From NCBI GenBank assembly GCA_030295235.1, contig AP026138.1:1-64000 (forward strand): DNA of 64,000 nt. The letters run 5' to 3'. Numbering within the stretch: the stretch's first letter is position 1; each line of letters begins with the position of its first letter. Source of the stretch: Fistulifera solaris. Taxonomy: Eukaryota. This document shows, in pieces, positions 23,771 to 36,541 of the stretch. The notes beneath the pieces are model-generated. The model saw only the letters and a program-made list of their open reading frames with translations. It was not told the origin of the DNA and ran no database searches. The translations under genes were made by a program, and so were the position numbers.

Positions 23771-24092
23771 CTTGGCAATATGTTGCTGCTTCAGTTAATG
23801 AATGATATTGGAAAGGCTTGCCGCAAGAAGCATTCGTGTTTGTATGAAACAAAGACTAGACTTCCTTTTTAGAAATCTTTTTGCTAGACTTAGCGCGCGT
23901 GTCAACAACAACGAAGAAAGTTCCAGTCAAAGTTTTTGAGTAACAAAAAAGTACTTTCAGTCTTGCCAACTCATCCGTGATGCAACGAGACCCGACTGGA
24001 CCTAAGGCTGGCCGAAATTCAATTACCAGGTATTTATTTGGACGAGGGTGGAAAATGGGCTTGTGTCGGGGAAGTGGGCACTTCTTCAAACC

Positions 24093-24437
24093 AAGGCTTT
24101 AAGTGTCAATCATCAAAGCCTTTGGATCGCCAGCGATACAGATTGCTAAAACTTCGATCACTCCAATTCTTAACGGCGAAGTGCCAATACGGTGTTTTCA
24201 TGATTATTATAACTCAACATCTACTCCAGTCCATTCTGATTCTTTCTCCGCCACTGTTGGTGAAGGCTTTAAGTGTCAAACATCAATCATCAAAGGCTTT
24301 GGATCGCGAGCAATACAAATTGCTAAACCTTCGATCACTCCAATTTTATAAGTTATAAACGGCGAAGTGCCAATACGATGCATTCATCATTATTATTACT
24401 CAACATCTACTCCAGCCCCTTCTTATTCTTCCTTCGC
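24093..24437. repeat. Diverged tandem duplication (~170-185 bp units) of the carboxypeptidase 3' end/UTR
   Basis: AAGGCTTTAAGTGTCAA..TTTGGATCGC..CTTCGATCACTCCAATT..ACGGCGAAGTGCCAATACG..ACTCAACATCTACTCCAG occurs twice (from 24093 and from 24263). Confidence 0.9.
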
Positions 24438-25946
24438 TTGATCCTTTTTGTGAATTTCGTGCACATCCGAATAAAAGCGTCTATTCAATTGAATAAACTG
24501 GTCGTGCGGCATGGTTTCTTCCAGATGGCGATAATCATCGGTGGGTTCCACGTAACGATCTTCCAATGGCAACTGCGTCCAAAATTCCGTGTCATCCCGC
24601 AAATAAGGATGCACGTAAATGAATGCTTCCAGGACGCTAGCACCCAATTGTCGCGAACGAGCTGGACTCCATCCTCGTTCAGGATCTTTGTTAGTCCAGC
24701 AGTCCTTAAAAGGCATTTCCAACGTCATACCCAAGCAATTGAAGCGATTGCTAACTTGATTCGTCGCAACATTCATATATTGCGCAGCCTGTTCGGGCGA
24801 CTCGGGCGGCGGGTAACCGATTTCCAGTTGCATGTCCGAATTCGATCGCTCGTAGGCAGCACCAAAGGCCCCGTGCAACGCCTGCAAGCGCGGTCCCCAA
24901 GCTGGGGTCTGTTCCGCGCCACTTAGGAAATTGTAAGGAATTTCTTCATCCCCGTGTACATCCAAAAAGACGTCCACACCGGTCTCGTCCATGTGCCGCA
25001 GCACCCAATATACTTCCGGACTGCGTTCCAACGTGGGTGCCTCGTAATAGTGCTTGGTTGCCCATTCTCGATTCAAATTTGCTCCGGCCGCGTTGGTGCG
25101 CAAATGACCTCGCACCGCACCGTCCGGACACATGCAAGGCACGATATAGAACGTGTACATTTCGAGAACTTGTTGTACCACAGGATCGTTCGTCAAATCA
25201 TCACCATTGAGATTCAATAGACGACTCAACAATCCTTCGGCATAGAATTCCGCCATGGTTTCACCCGGGTGTTGTCGATGAATGATCCAGGCATTTCGTT
25301 CCCCGGTTCCTACTTTAACGCATTCGATTTCACGTCCCTCCAGCGACTGTCCCAACGAAATGACCGTGGTCTTTTGCTGACATTTGAAAATTAAGTCCAA
25401 GTGACGTTGATACGAGAAAGGAGGAAAGTAGGCAAAGTACATGGTCCCCGTGTGTTGCATATCCCAAACGAGCTTGCCATTTTCGTAACGCGTATTCAAG
25501 ACACGTTTCCAGCTATCCGGATCGTACAAATCGGAAGTGTAGCACACTGTCGCATCCTTCCAAGCTTCCGGATAGGAAGTCGTAGAGGCATTATCGAGAA
25601 TGTATCGACATTTGGTTGTGGAATCGTTGACCGTCGAACGAAAGGAAAAGTATTGCTTGTGCGCAATCTGCTCGAGTTCCGTGTATTCGTCTTGCTTTAC
25701 GACGACAATCACATCCGTAATCGTAGAATCCAGTTCATTGGGGCGCGTACTGCGAAACTGAATGTTTCCGCCATCATAAGCACAAGAAATACGAACCGCG
25801 TTGTGATTGCTGTTCATCATTTGAAGGCTGCTGCTGCTGATTGATGTTGTACGTGCAAGACACTGCGAAGTCGGCCACGAAAGAGCCCGAGAAGTCACAA
25901 GGGAATACGATTGTAGAAGGGGAATGCAGCGAAACCGCATCCACAA
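24423..25946 (-). CDS. Zinc carboxypeptidase, M14 family (cytosolic carboxypeptidase-like) with N-terminal targeting extension
   Basis: YFAYFPPFSY, HPGE (zinc ligands), NLNR, DVHG and LEMPF motifs; 507 aa ORF. Confidence 0.92.
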   Translation of the reverse strand: MWMRFRCIPLLQSYSLVTSRALSWPTSQCLARTTSISSSSLQMMNSNHNAVRISCAYDGGNIQFRSTRPNELDSTITDVIVVVKQDEYTELEQIAHKQYFSFRSTVNDSTTKCRYILDNASTTSYPEAWKDATVCYTSDLYDPDSWKRVLNTRYENGKLVWDMQHTGTMYFAYFPPFSYQRHLDLIFKCQQKTTVISLGQSLEGREIECVKVGTGERNAWIIHRQHPGETMAEFYAEGLLSRLLNLNGDDLTNDPVVQQVLEMYTFYIVPCMCPDGAVRGHLRTNAAGANLNREWATKHYYEAPTLERSPEVYWVLRHMDETGVDVFLDVHGDEEIPYNFLSGAEQTPAWGPRLQALHGAFGAAYERSNSDMQLEIGYPPPESPEQAAQYMNVATNQVSNRFNCLGMTLEMPFKDCWTNKDPERGWSPARSRQLGASVLEAFIYVHPYLRDDTEFWTQLPLEDRYVEPTDDYRHLEETMPHDQFIQLNRRFYSDVHEIHKKDQAKEE

Positions 25947-26629
25947 TTAAAAAGATCAGAAGAGATGAAAAGAATGAGTTACCAGCCACCGCTATGCAAG
26001 AAGTGCGATGTGTGCCTGGTATTATTTTGGCGTTGATGTTTTATTCTCGCTCTAAAATTTGGCGCGACGCTTCGACACCTCTGCCCCTGTACGTCGTCGG
26101 TTTCCACGACTGATTTTCAGTAACGAGTTCTACTTTTCCAATAAACTATGCTGAATCATCACTCCTTGCTCTACCAATGATGCGTGATCACCATGCATAG
26201 AAGGTTGGCAGAGCACTAGCAACGCAATACTTGGTGTAAATGTTCAGATTCCTTTCAGAACGTGCCGGCTCCGATTTACAATAAGCTTAAAGTGTAACCT
26301 CAACCATCCAAGTGTAACCTCAACCATCCAAGTCACAAACCATAGTTTTCCCATTTTAGGGAGTAGTCGTGCTGCAATTCTAGAATTTAATTGAAAGCCA
26401 ATTGTCGATATAGCAATCCAGTTACAGCTGAGAGTAGTTACAGGCACGTCTTGATGCAACCGGGCTAGACTGCGAGCAACGTGATCGATTGCTTTGATGT
26501 CGGATAGTATTCCGTATTACCTATTGTGTTTCCATCAAATGAGATTAATTGAAAATACTTTAGAATCCAGTAAGCTGATGATCAAAGGGTCTACCAGTGG
26601 AAAGCTATTATGTAGTGTACATGACACAT

Positions 26630-29050
26630 TCACATATCTATGTTAAGACTCGGCTGTGGTTCCGTCAACCGAAGTCCAATCATGTTGCAATCCGCAGGCT
26701 TCTGCGCATTCTCCCGACGATCGGAAAAGGACGCGTACAGACTGCACAATCCACGGCGCGCGGCCGCTTGGCACCATCCCAAATGAGCCGGTCGAGGCTT
26801 GGTAATCGTCACGTCGTAATAGCTGCTTTTGCAGGTTTGCGGCCCAACCGAATGCTGATAATTCTTGGTCAAGACTTTGTCCCTTCCGCGAGCAGCTTTC
26901 AAGGTCGCATCCTTGTGAAACAATGCTGACGGATAAATCGTATAGTCGAACAAAGCACTTTCAATTTCTTCTTGTTCGTGCAGTTGCTTGCGTTCTTTCA
27001 CGCGCTTTCGTTCTTCTTCACGTTCTTTTCCACGGCTGTATCCAGGACGGCGGTCTTTGATGTGTTCTTTTCCCAAAGCTGTGTTGGGCGTAAAGTTGAT
27101 CAAAAATGATTCTAGATCACCCAGGGGCATGACAGCTTGAGGAAGCGGCGGACAATTGTCGGCGTGCGAGGAGTCCCTGTAGCGACATGTCAATGCCTGA
27201 ACCAACTGCAAGCGCTGTTGCTCCGATACCATCCAAACAAAGTTGGATCCTCCTTGCACGACGGCGGGGGTGATTTCGTTCGCAAATACTTCAGGGGAAA
27301 CGGGCATTTGCAACTCAGTAAAGTACACCCACCATTGACCGGCGGCATCGTCGGCGCTGTGACCAATCCAGGTCACGTCGAAGGAATCCTTGCAAATTTC
27401 CCAGGCGGCGGGGTGGAAAAAGTCACCATGCATACGCCACTTGGCAACCTTGGCGTTCTCTTCACTCACGTATGAGACACGAACAAAGGAAGGGACCAAA
27501 AATGGACTCGACGGTCCTTCAACGACCGCATCCGAGTTTTGTGCAGCATTGGTCAGGTCGGTGGAGGCTTGCAAAAGGCATGCACGGCACGAATGGTGAC
27601 CAAAGAAGACCACTTGGTCGCTACGTACAAGTCGTGATGATCACTGCTGACCAAATCCGGGTGCGTTGCCTTGTATAACGAACTTGCATTCTCATCCAAA
27701 TACGGGGGCGCCAAGACCAAATCTTGTTGTCTCTTTTCCATAAAGCCTGATTTCAGGTCATGACACGTATCGGCAGTGGTGGCACTAGCGGCTACCACAA
27801 TCTGCACCGGACTGGGACGTTCCTCCAAAGTCACTTCCTCTTCACCAAGTTTACGATGCAACTTCCAAGGCTTTCCACCACAGGCAGTCAATTTCGAGTC
27901 CATCCAATCGGTCCATCGGTGACTAATAGGTTCGCACACCATAATTTGGACTCGGGCCGCAATCAAGCCGGAAGCACACATTTGGTTGATTTCTTCCAAT
28001 TGTCGTTCTAAATGTGTAGCAGCGGTCTCTTGCTCTGACGTCCAAACAGCAGGACCCTCCGCATTCGGGAGTGGAGGAGCGGTTTCCCAGAGCATCGTAC
28101 TGCCGCGACCGACCCCGACGGTGTTGATATTGAAGAGAATGCGACAGCGATCGGGAGCTTCCGTCGATGCACCGCTGCTACCAAACCAATCGTTCCAGAG
28201 AGAACCCGTACCACGTGCCGGACGCGTCGAACTACCCAACGCCAAACACTGCTTCAGTAATGCTTGATTCTCGGCGTGGGGCGGAGGAGCATAAAAGTCG
28301 CGAAATTCTTGTGTACCTCCGGCATCCGCAATGAAGCGAGCCGAGACAACACCCGAATCGTCTCTTCCTTCAAAGTAATCGGCCTTACCACGGGATCGAG
28401 AGAAGCGATAGTAGTATTTCTTTATGTAAAAAAGCAAAGGATAAGGTGAGATGATTCCGAATCATTGGAGAGTGAAAAAATGCGTTTTTAGGATGCATGC
28501 GACAAGGATCTGAACATGTTGGGATGATAAACTGTCATTCAATGACGGAACACGCATGAAAAAGGATAACTTTAACGTGAGCATGCTCCCTTCAGATGAA
28601 CTATGCTTATAATATCAATGGTCTCTTCCTTTCCTTGTCGTCTAAGAATACTCAACGGCAACATCACAAAGCACGAAACCATCTTCACAAAGACACAAAT
28701 CAACGTACCTGCAAGGGCCCTGCATACTCAAACCAGTACTTGACTTCCTCCGGCGGTGTATTCGCAAACAATTGCTCTCGCTCGTGCAAATCTTGATACA
28801 AGGGCGCCAAGAAAGGAGCCAAAGGAGACGATTGTGCAGCGGCGGGCATGTGCGCTGTATCGACTTCTGTCAAGCGACGATGCTGTAGCGACGAAACAAT
28901 TGACGACCGGTTCGTTTCATTTGACGAGTAATACATGGTGTGCGCATTCCAGCACAAAAGAGCCGCCGCAATGAGCTTCGCACTCGTCCATCCCCAAGAA
29001 ACGCCTCGCGACGATTCGTCCTCGGTTGTTGTATTCGTTTCTATTGACAT
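26630..29050 (-). CDS. Hypothetical membrane-anchored protein (2 exons, one frameshift)
   Basis: Exon 1 (29050-28709) has a TM segment and ends ..WFEYAGPLQ before GTACGT; intron ~28420-28708; continues KYYYRFSRSRG..; ORFs 27553..28437 and 26630..27613 overlap in different frames. Confidence 0.65.
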
Positions 29051-29913
29051 GTTCTCGCCTTGCTCGTATCAAGCTGCTGCGATCCTCGGTATTTGTAAAG
29101 TTCTAGAGGTGTAAAGGAGAACGATACGAACGCAAAAGGAAATATTGCAAGCAACAGTTCCAGCAACAATCTATTACACCAATAAAGCAGCAGTCTTGCA
29201 AAGCGGTAAAATCACGGGGTGCGTTTATAACGCGGGGCAACACGTGTGTGAATGGACGCTTTCTCTCAACGGACACATTGCTGATACAAAAGAGTACACG
29301 CGGGGGCAACCGTGACTGACAATTTTATCCGTGGATGGCGGCGGTTGATAAGAAGCAACGCGACTGAATATCGATGCAGTCTTGTCCAGACTACATTCTG
29401 CGCATGAGTAATCTATTTCAAGCACAACTTTAGCATAGCTAGTCAATTGCTTCGCATCTACAAAATTATTTACCCAAATAACTAGCAAAATTTTTATGTT
29501 GGTATGAGATTTATGAAGCTAATGATGCACGGGGCGTCGTTGCATAGTCAAATAAGCGCGACAAGCGACAAGTCCAATGGTTCGCTTTTCATCGCATCTG
29601 TAAAAGCAAACGAAGTGTACGAATAGTCCTATATCTATCAGTTGCCAAGTATTATAGTTATCTTGTTTCTTCGTCTCAAACCGGCTCCCGTCGGCTCGTT
29701 AGATCGGAACTATTTTTCACTTAGTGCGGACTATAGGTGAATAATGTAGCAAACTTTTTCTTGTGACTGAACTTTTGGGACTCACAAAAAGGCGCCGCAG
29801 CGCGGCAACAATAACAACACGACAAAACGAAAAGAACAAAGGAATACAAAGTCAAGCGAGCAAATTAGTTTTATACGAAAAGAATCAAAACAAAACAGAA
29901 ATATTACACTATC

Positions 29914-30450
29914 ATGACAGCATCACGCAGCGGTGAATGTCGCAAAGACGCGCGAAGAACAGCAGCAACCAACAATAATAACGACTCGAACGACGACTCC
30001 CAGTCCGATATTCTCTTTTACGCTGGGGCCATTTTGGTTGTTTTGATTGCCGTGAAAGCAGTTTTACAAGCTCTATCGAGTTCTTTGATTGTGTTGCCTC
30101 TACTCTATTTCTATTTACTGTCTTCTTGTCCTCCTCTTGCGTCGTTTAATGCCAAACAAGAATTAAAACGAGTTTTACGAGGTCATCATTTGCCAGAACA
30201 ACATCCGAATAAACCGACGGGATTCTGGGAACAAACGATAGCACGCGTTACCGCGAGTGTCACGACCGAGCTAGCAACGACCGTGGCGGGCTATGAAGTC
30301 ACGTCTGTCTCCTTGGCGGGCGGTGCGGCTTGGTTTCAGACCGTCAAGCTAGGGCAACAAGAATTTTACTGGATCGGAGCTGCACAAAGATGGTGGTATT
30401 TGTTTTCTAGAGAGTTGTCGCCGTCGTCAAGCTCTGCAAAGAAAAAGTGA
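29914..30450 (+). CDS. Hypothetical small membrane protein
   Basis: 178 aa ATG ORF with two hydrophobic segments and a conserved-looking FNAKQELKRVLRGHHLPE..KP..FW block. Confidence 0.75.
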   Translation: MTASRSGECRKDARRTAATNNNNDSNDDSQSDILFYAGAILVVLIAVKAVLQALSSSLIVLPLLYFYLLSSCPPLASFNAKQELKRVLRGHHLPEQHPNKPTGFWEQTIARVTASVTTELATTVAGYEVTSVSLAGGAAWFQTVKLGQQEFYWIGAAQRWWYLFSRELSPSSSSAKKK

Positions 30451-30809
30451 TTTGGAATAAAAAGACGAAAAAGTAAATAAGAAGGGAACAATTAAACAAT
30501 CAAACGAGGAACAATTATAGTGTTTTGAAATTCATACATGCCGTAGTCGAGGCTCAGTTCATCTGTTCATCTCTTATATTCAACCTGATTTTGAGTGAGG
30601 GCTTACCAGCTTGATTCATGCGACAATCTTATCGCCAGCACATACGGGCACACCTCAGGAATAGACGCGAAATACACTAGATTGAGGACCAAGTAAGCTT
30701 GTTTGAACGATGATATTCACTCTGAGTGCTATTTTTATTTATTTTACTCTTCTAATTAATACGACGAACAATAACACAGACACGACGATATCACATAAGC
30801 TTTCTTCGT

Positions 30810-32949
30810 TTACGCATTAGCGTTTTCCACAGCTTTCACTTCCTTATTGGCGTCAATTTTACCATGTTTCGACGCTCGAACTTCCATCAGCTCATCCACA
30901 TCCTCTTTTCTGGGTCCGCTCATGTCGTACGCCGAACCGCGGTGACTCGAAATGTCCAGACCGACCTCTTCTTCCAAGGGGTCGACGCGGAACATACCAG
31001 CAGCGTTTAAAAGCATGAAAAAAGGGGTTGTGACACAACTGACCCATCCAATAATCCAAAAGATACAACAGATCTGTACCAACAAAAGATGACCGTCAAA
31101 ACCACCCTCCGAGTAAAACAAACCAGGATTGGCTGAGTTGTAACCGGCAAGGTCCATGAGTTCCGGCTTGGCAAACAAGCCGGCGGCGATGAGGCCCCAC
31201 ATGCCGTTGCCCAAATGCACGGGAATGCCGTCCACGGAATCATCAACCTTCAAAGCAACAAGTAGTTTCGACCAGGCAATGTAAACCCATCCTCCGACAA
31301 TTCCAATGATAATGGCAGCCCAGGGAGTAACACAAGCAGTTCCAGCAGTGACAGCCACAAGACCACCAAGACCTCCATTCATGGCCATGGTGAGGTCGTA
31401 ACTGGTTTCTCCAGTCACCATGGATTCCAAAATTGAATCGGTAAACAAGGCAGACACACAAGCGGATGCACCGGCTAAAGTCGTCGTCACGGCACTTAGG
31501 GAAGCAACGGCTGCCGAGTCCTCGTTTGCAATTGCGAGAGCCGACCCGGAATTGAATCCGTACCCTGGTGGAAGCAGCCAAGGTCAATGAATGAAAGGTC
31601 AGCGTTGGCTATTTGAGTAGCGCATGAATTCGACATTTGGTTCGCCATCAGCGGTACTTACATCCAAACCACAAAATCAATGTACCTAACACCTGAAGAG
31701 CCACACTGTGGGGCTGGAAGGTGACAGGTGTCTCCAAGGGGTTACCATCTTCGTCGTAGAAACGTCCCTTACGCGGTCCGAGAATAACAGCAGCAATCAA
31801 TGCCGTGAGACCACCCGTCATATGGACGACACCAGATCCCGCAAAATCGATGCATCCCACATCGCGAAAGTAACCGTCGTTATTGAAAGCCGACAGAAAG
31901 CCGTTGGAGCTCCACACGGAGTGTGCTACGACAGGGTACACAAAACCAGTCAAGAAGATCGAGTAGCACAGATACGCAGACATCTTGCATCGTTCGGCGA
32001 CAGTACCAGCGACGATCGTGGCGCAAGTGGCGGCGAAAGCAAACTGAAAGAAGAAACTAGACCAAGCGTTGAAGTCACGGAGTCCAAAGTAACTGTTCCC
32101 AATAAAGGTCGAGCCAATGTGGTCGGCTCCGCCGTACGCAAATCCGTAACCGACAGTGTAGAACCCAATTGATCCGGCACAAATGTCCAGAATGTTTTGA
32201 AGCATAATGTTTTTGACGTTCTTGGCGCGAATGCATCCGGCGCAGAGCATAGCGAAGCCCGCTTGCATCACAAAGACGAGCGATCCCTGTGGTTGCAGTG
32301 GTATGAAGAAGAAATGCGAGGTTGCAAGAATTATGTGTTCATTTCAAGAAGTGGTTTTGCATTTAATAAGAAGAAAAACCAAATTTTTGTAGAAAGGAGA
32401 TGCAAAAAGTGAGAGGCGCTGCTTTAATCGGAAGTTCCGATCAAAATTTCAGTATAGACGGGTGAAGTAGAAGGGGTGTCACCATCTACTTTCTGTATGA
32501 GACAACAAATCTTCACGAAATCGCAAAAAAAAAAGCATCGGCAACCATCGACGACGACATTGTTGCCTCATTATGAGCCGAAACATGAAAGAGAAACCGC
32601 CACATAAACAAAAGCGGAACAGAAGAGGGTGATGGCACGGGAAAGGCGGTGCGAAAGCGATTCGATGCGATAGGTAGCCCTTCCCAAGTGTCAAGAAAAA
32701 ATCGCATCAAGAGAGTAACAAATTCGGAACCGGCAAGGTTAATCTTCGTCTCAATCGACTTACAGAGGAACGAAACATCACAAAGCGACTCATTAGGGCG
32801 CATCACAGCGTAGCCTGACGACTTACCGCATAGATGAGATAAAAGGTATCCAAACCGGTGGTGAGGCCCATCGTAATGTCGTAAACATTACAAATTTGCG
32901 TCGCAAATTCTCCGTCTCGGGCGGAGCAGTAGGTTTCAATATCACTCAT
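30810..32949 (-). CDS. AMT1: Ammonium transporter (AMT1 family), copy C
   Basis: Exons 32949-32827, 32286-31662 and 31564-30810 splice in frame at GT-AG sites; MQAGFAMLCAG, DFAGSGVVH and WYGFN motifs. Confidence 0.96.
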
Positions 32950-33371
32950 TTTGAGGAATAAATTGCCAAGCAATAGTTTGACGATCAACAAGACCAATAA
33001 TAATGTTGAAGAAGTGAAAAATGAAAACGAAGTGGTTGTCATCCGCCACAAAAAATGTTTGGATTCGGGTTCGCGCGGTCACGCGCAAGGTACATTTAGC
33101 ATCATACAAAATAGCCACTCGATAAGATACAACGATTGAACTTTCGTCTGAGGTGTTTCAACTTCTTGCACCCTAAACGGCAACTAAAACTATGCACAGC
33201 CATTAAGAGCTAGAATGAAGTTTCTATATCAACGATAGAAAATGTCATGAACACAAACACTGAAATTGATAAAAGCCGTAAATTGATAAAACGCGCGTGA
33301 ATAACGACGGTTTCCAAAACGAACAAAAGAAACAAATAGCATCAGCCCATCCGAGAGGGTGATTCCCCAGT

Positions 33372-35468
33372 TTAGGCATCAGCGTCTTCCGCAGCCTGGG
33401 CAACTTCCTTGGGAACTTCGACCTTGCCGTGTTTGGAGGCGCGAACTTCCATGAGCTCATCGACATCTTCTTTCTTGGGACCGGTCAAATCATAAGCGGC
33501 ACCGCGGTGGTGCGAGATATCCAAACCGACTTCCTCCTCCAAGGCATCCACGCGGAACATACCAGCAGCATTCAACACCATGAAGAATGGTGTCATGGTA
33601 AAGGCGACCCATCCAAAGACCCAGCAAACAGAGCAGATTTGTACCAACAAGAGTTGACCGTCAAAACCACCCTCCGAGTAGAACAGACCAGGGTTGGCCG
33701 AGTTGTATCCGGCCAAATCCATAAGCTCGGGCTTGGCAAATAAGCCCGTGGCAATAACTCCCCACATGCCGTTGGCAAAATGCACAGGGACAGCATCGAC
33801 AGCGTCATCAATCTTCAAGGCGATCAAAGTCTTGGACATGGCAATGTACGCCCAGCCCCCGACGGCACCAATGAGGATCGCAGCCCAGGGCGTGATGACA
33901 GAACATCCGGCAGTGACGGCCACAAGACCACCAAGTGCACCGTTCATGGCCATGGTTAGGTCGTAGCTGGTTTCACCCGAAGCCATGCCTTCCAAAATGG
34001 AATCCGTAAACATGGCAGAAATGCAACCGGCAGCGGCACCCATGGTGGTAGTGACGGTGCACAAAGCAGCAACTTGAGCAGATCCGGCGTTAGCAATCAC
34101 AAGAGCAGAACCGGGGTTGAATCCGTACCCTAAATAAGATCAAGAGAGAAAATTCATAGTGAGGTACGAGTGGTGGCGAAATCAACACCTTTCGAGTTCA
34201 ATCCATGCAACTTACAGCCGACCCAAAGGATGAAGGTACCCAAAATCTGCAGCGCCACACTGTGGGGCTGGAAGGTGACGGGTGTTTCCAGTGGGTTACC
34301 ATCTTCGTCATAGAAGCGTCCCTTACGGGGTCCGAGCACAATCGCCGCAATGAGAGCGGTGACACCACCCGTCATGTGCACGACACCGGATCCGGCAAAG
34401 TCGATGACACCGATATCGCGGAACAAGCTTTCGTTGTTAAAAGCGGAAAGGAAACCATTCGAGCTCCACATCGAGTGCACGACGACGGGATATACAAAGC
34501 CGGTCAAGAAGATAGAGTAGCACAAGTAAGCCGCCATCTTGCATCGTTCGGCAACCGTACCGGCGACGATCGTGGCGGCAGTGGCCGCGAACGCAAATTG
34601 GAAGAAGAAACCAATCCAGGAATCGAATTCACGAAGACCAAAGTAGCTGTCACCAATAAAGGTGCTGCCAATGCGGTCGGATCCACCGTAGGCAAAACCG
34701 TATCCGACCGTGTAGAAACCAATGGCTCCACCACAGGCATCCAAGAGGTTCTTGAGCATGATATTCTTGACATTCTTGGCACGCACGGAACCAGCGCAAA
34801 GCATGGCGAAACCGGCTTGCATAAAGAACACGAGGGCTCCCTGTTGTGGTAAAGTTCCATTGAGAGACCACCGTTAAAACGCGTAATGGAAGATCGCGCA
34901 TTCGAGGAGAGGACGGAAGAGAGCGAAAGAATAACAGTAGAGTAAAAGAAAGAGAGAAAGATTGTGAGGCGATGTTATGAAAAGCAATGAAGGGAAGGCT
35001 TCTTCGACCGACAAACTGCAACGACCGACAAGAGACGACGAGCTTGTCTCCTTCAGAAACGAGTTGCAACACAAGCTGCATCTGACGACGGAAATTGTAT
35101 CGCTTCTGTCGCCCTATAACTTCAGTAGGAGGCTTCAGAGCGAGTCAATTGCATGCCGATGCAGCGGGACGGCTAGGAGCGATGCTGCCGTTCAACGACG
35201 ACCGAGGAGGAGTCTTCTTTTGCTTGCTATCGGAAGACAATCTTTGCAGGGCGTCTCTTCGTCTCAAACCCGCCGCACGAGGCAACATAGATCACAAAAA
35301 CACCAGCAATCGTGTCAAAACAGATGAGATCCGATACGAACTTACCGCAAATAGGAGAAAGAAAGTATCAACACCGGTGACAATGTCATTCGTAATATCG
35401 TAGACTCCGCAAATGTGAACGGCGACGTCTCCTTCCGGAGCGGCGCAATAAGCTTCAAAGTCCGCCAT
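33372..35468 (-). CDS. AMT1: Ammonium transporter (AMT1 family), copy D, tandem paralogue of C
   Basis: Exons 35468-35346, 34840-34216 and 34129-33372; all AMT motifs present; same intron positions as copy C. Confidence 0.97.
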
Positions 35469-36541
35469 TGTTTTAGAATGAGGTGAATCGAAGTTGTAGA
35501 AGCAACAAGAAGGAAAGGAAATCTCAACAAGTCAAGCTCTTTTGAGTGACAACCAACGTCAAAAATGAGAAAAAGAGAAGATGTCGATCTTTGTTCGGCC
35601 TCATTGCGACGCGCGATCGCGCGGTGCGTACTCTACAGCGATAGTGAGTCAGTCCAGTCCAGCCGAACGTCAAACTTCCGTTCCTTCAACTGGAACTTTC
35701 TCAATTGGAACGATCGCCTTCGATTTCGGCATAAAACGCAGCGGTTGTACACTTATTGCTACAATGGGACTTTTTACACGGATTACCCTACTTACCGCTC
35801 ACCTACTGGAACCGTTTTTCACTGGCTTGTGTCGTTTCTTGTGCATCTTACACGTTTCTGTGTAGCAAATTGTGTGAGTGATAAGAATGACTCGTGACTG
35901 ACGTTATAACCGAATAAGACAACGCACGTGTCACACGAGATGGATGCATCATCTTGTTGCGGACAAGCAGGCGTGGAGTACTGCCACAGGCAGTCGTTGA
36001 GTAAACGACGTCATTTTCTGAATCAGGGAAACGACAGAAAAGGGCTAAACGAAATGCGGAACTTTTCCAAGTTCTCGATCGCTAAGGGGAACTTTGTCCT
36101 GGCGTATCCGACAAAAACCCTTCTCCTTGGGTTCCAGGAACTAGGTACAAGTCTGTCAAAACTACGTACTGCGCATCGGATCGCATGCTTGGTTGATGAT
36201 TATGCTGGTTGAATCTACTCACTCAGAGCTGTAGAAGCAATAAGCAATAAGCGAAAAGCAAGAGACCAGCGACAACATTGTACGAATGAGCGATTCTACG
36301 GCCTATGGCTGCTCTAGCGTGGACTTATCTGTTTGTATTTCTATCATTAGAAAAAGTAGTTTGAAGACAGTTGATCGCTGATCAGTATTCTTGTAGTCGG
36401 AAACCAGAGTAAAATGGTTGCGCTAGAAACAAGGCTCCCCAAAAGTTGAATCTAGTTCGACGTTGCGAAGCGTATTCTGTGATGCATTGTATGCTTTGAG
36501 CGAGAGCAACTGTGAGAGCAAACTCGAGTCGCATATGAAGC

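Noticed and set aside
26291..26330. Perfect 20-bp tandem duplication AGTGTAACCTCAACCATCCA
   Set aside because: Isolated two-copy duplication; only superficially telomere-like
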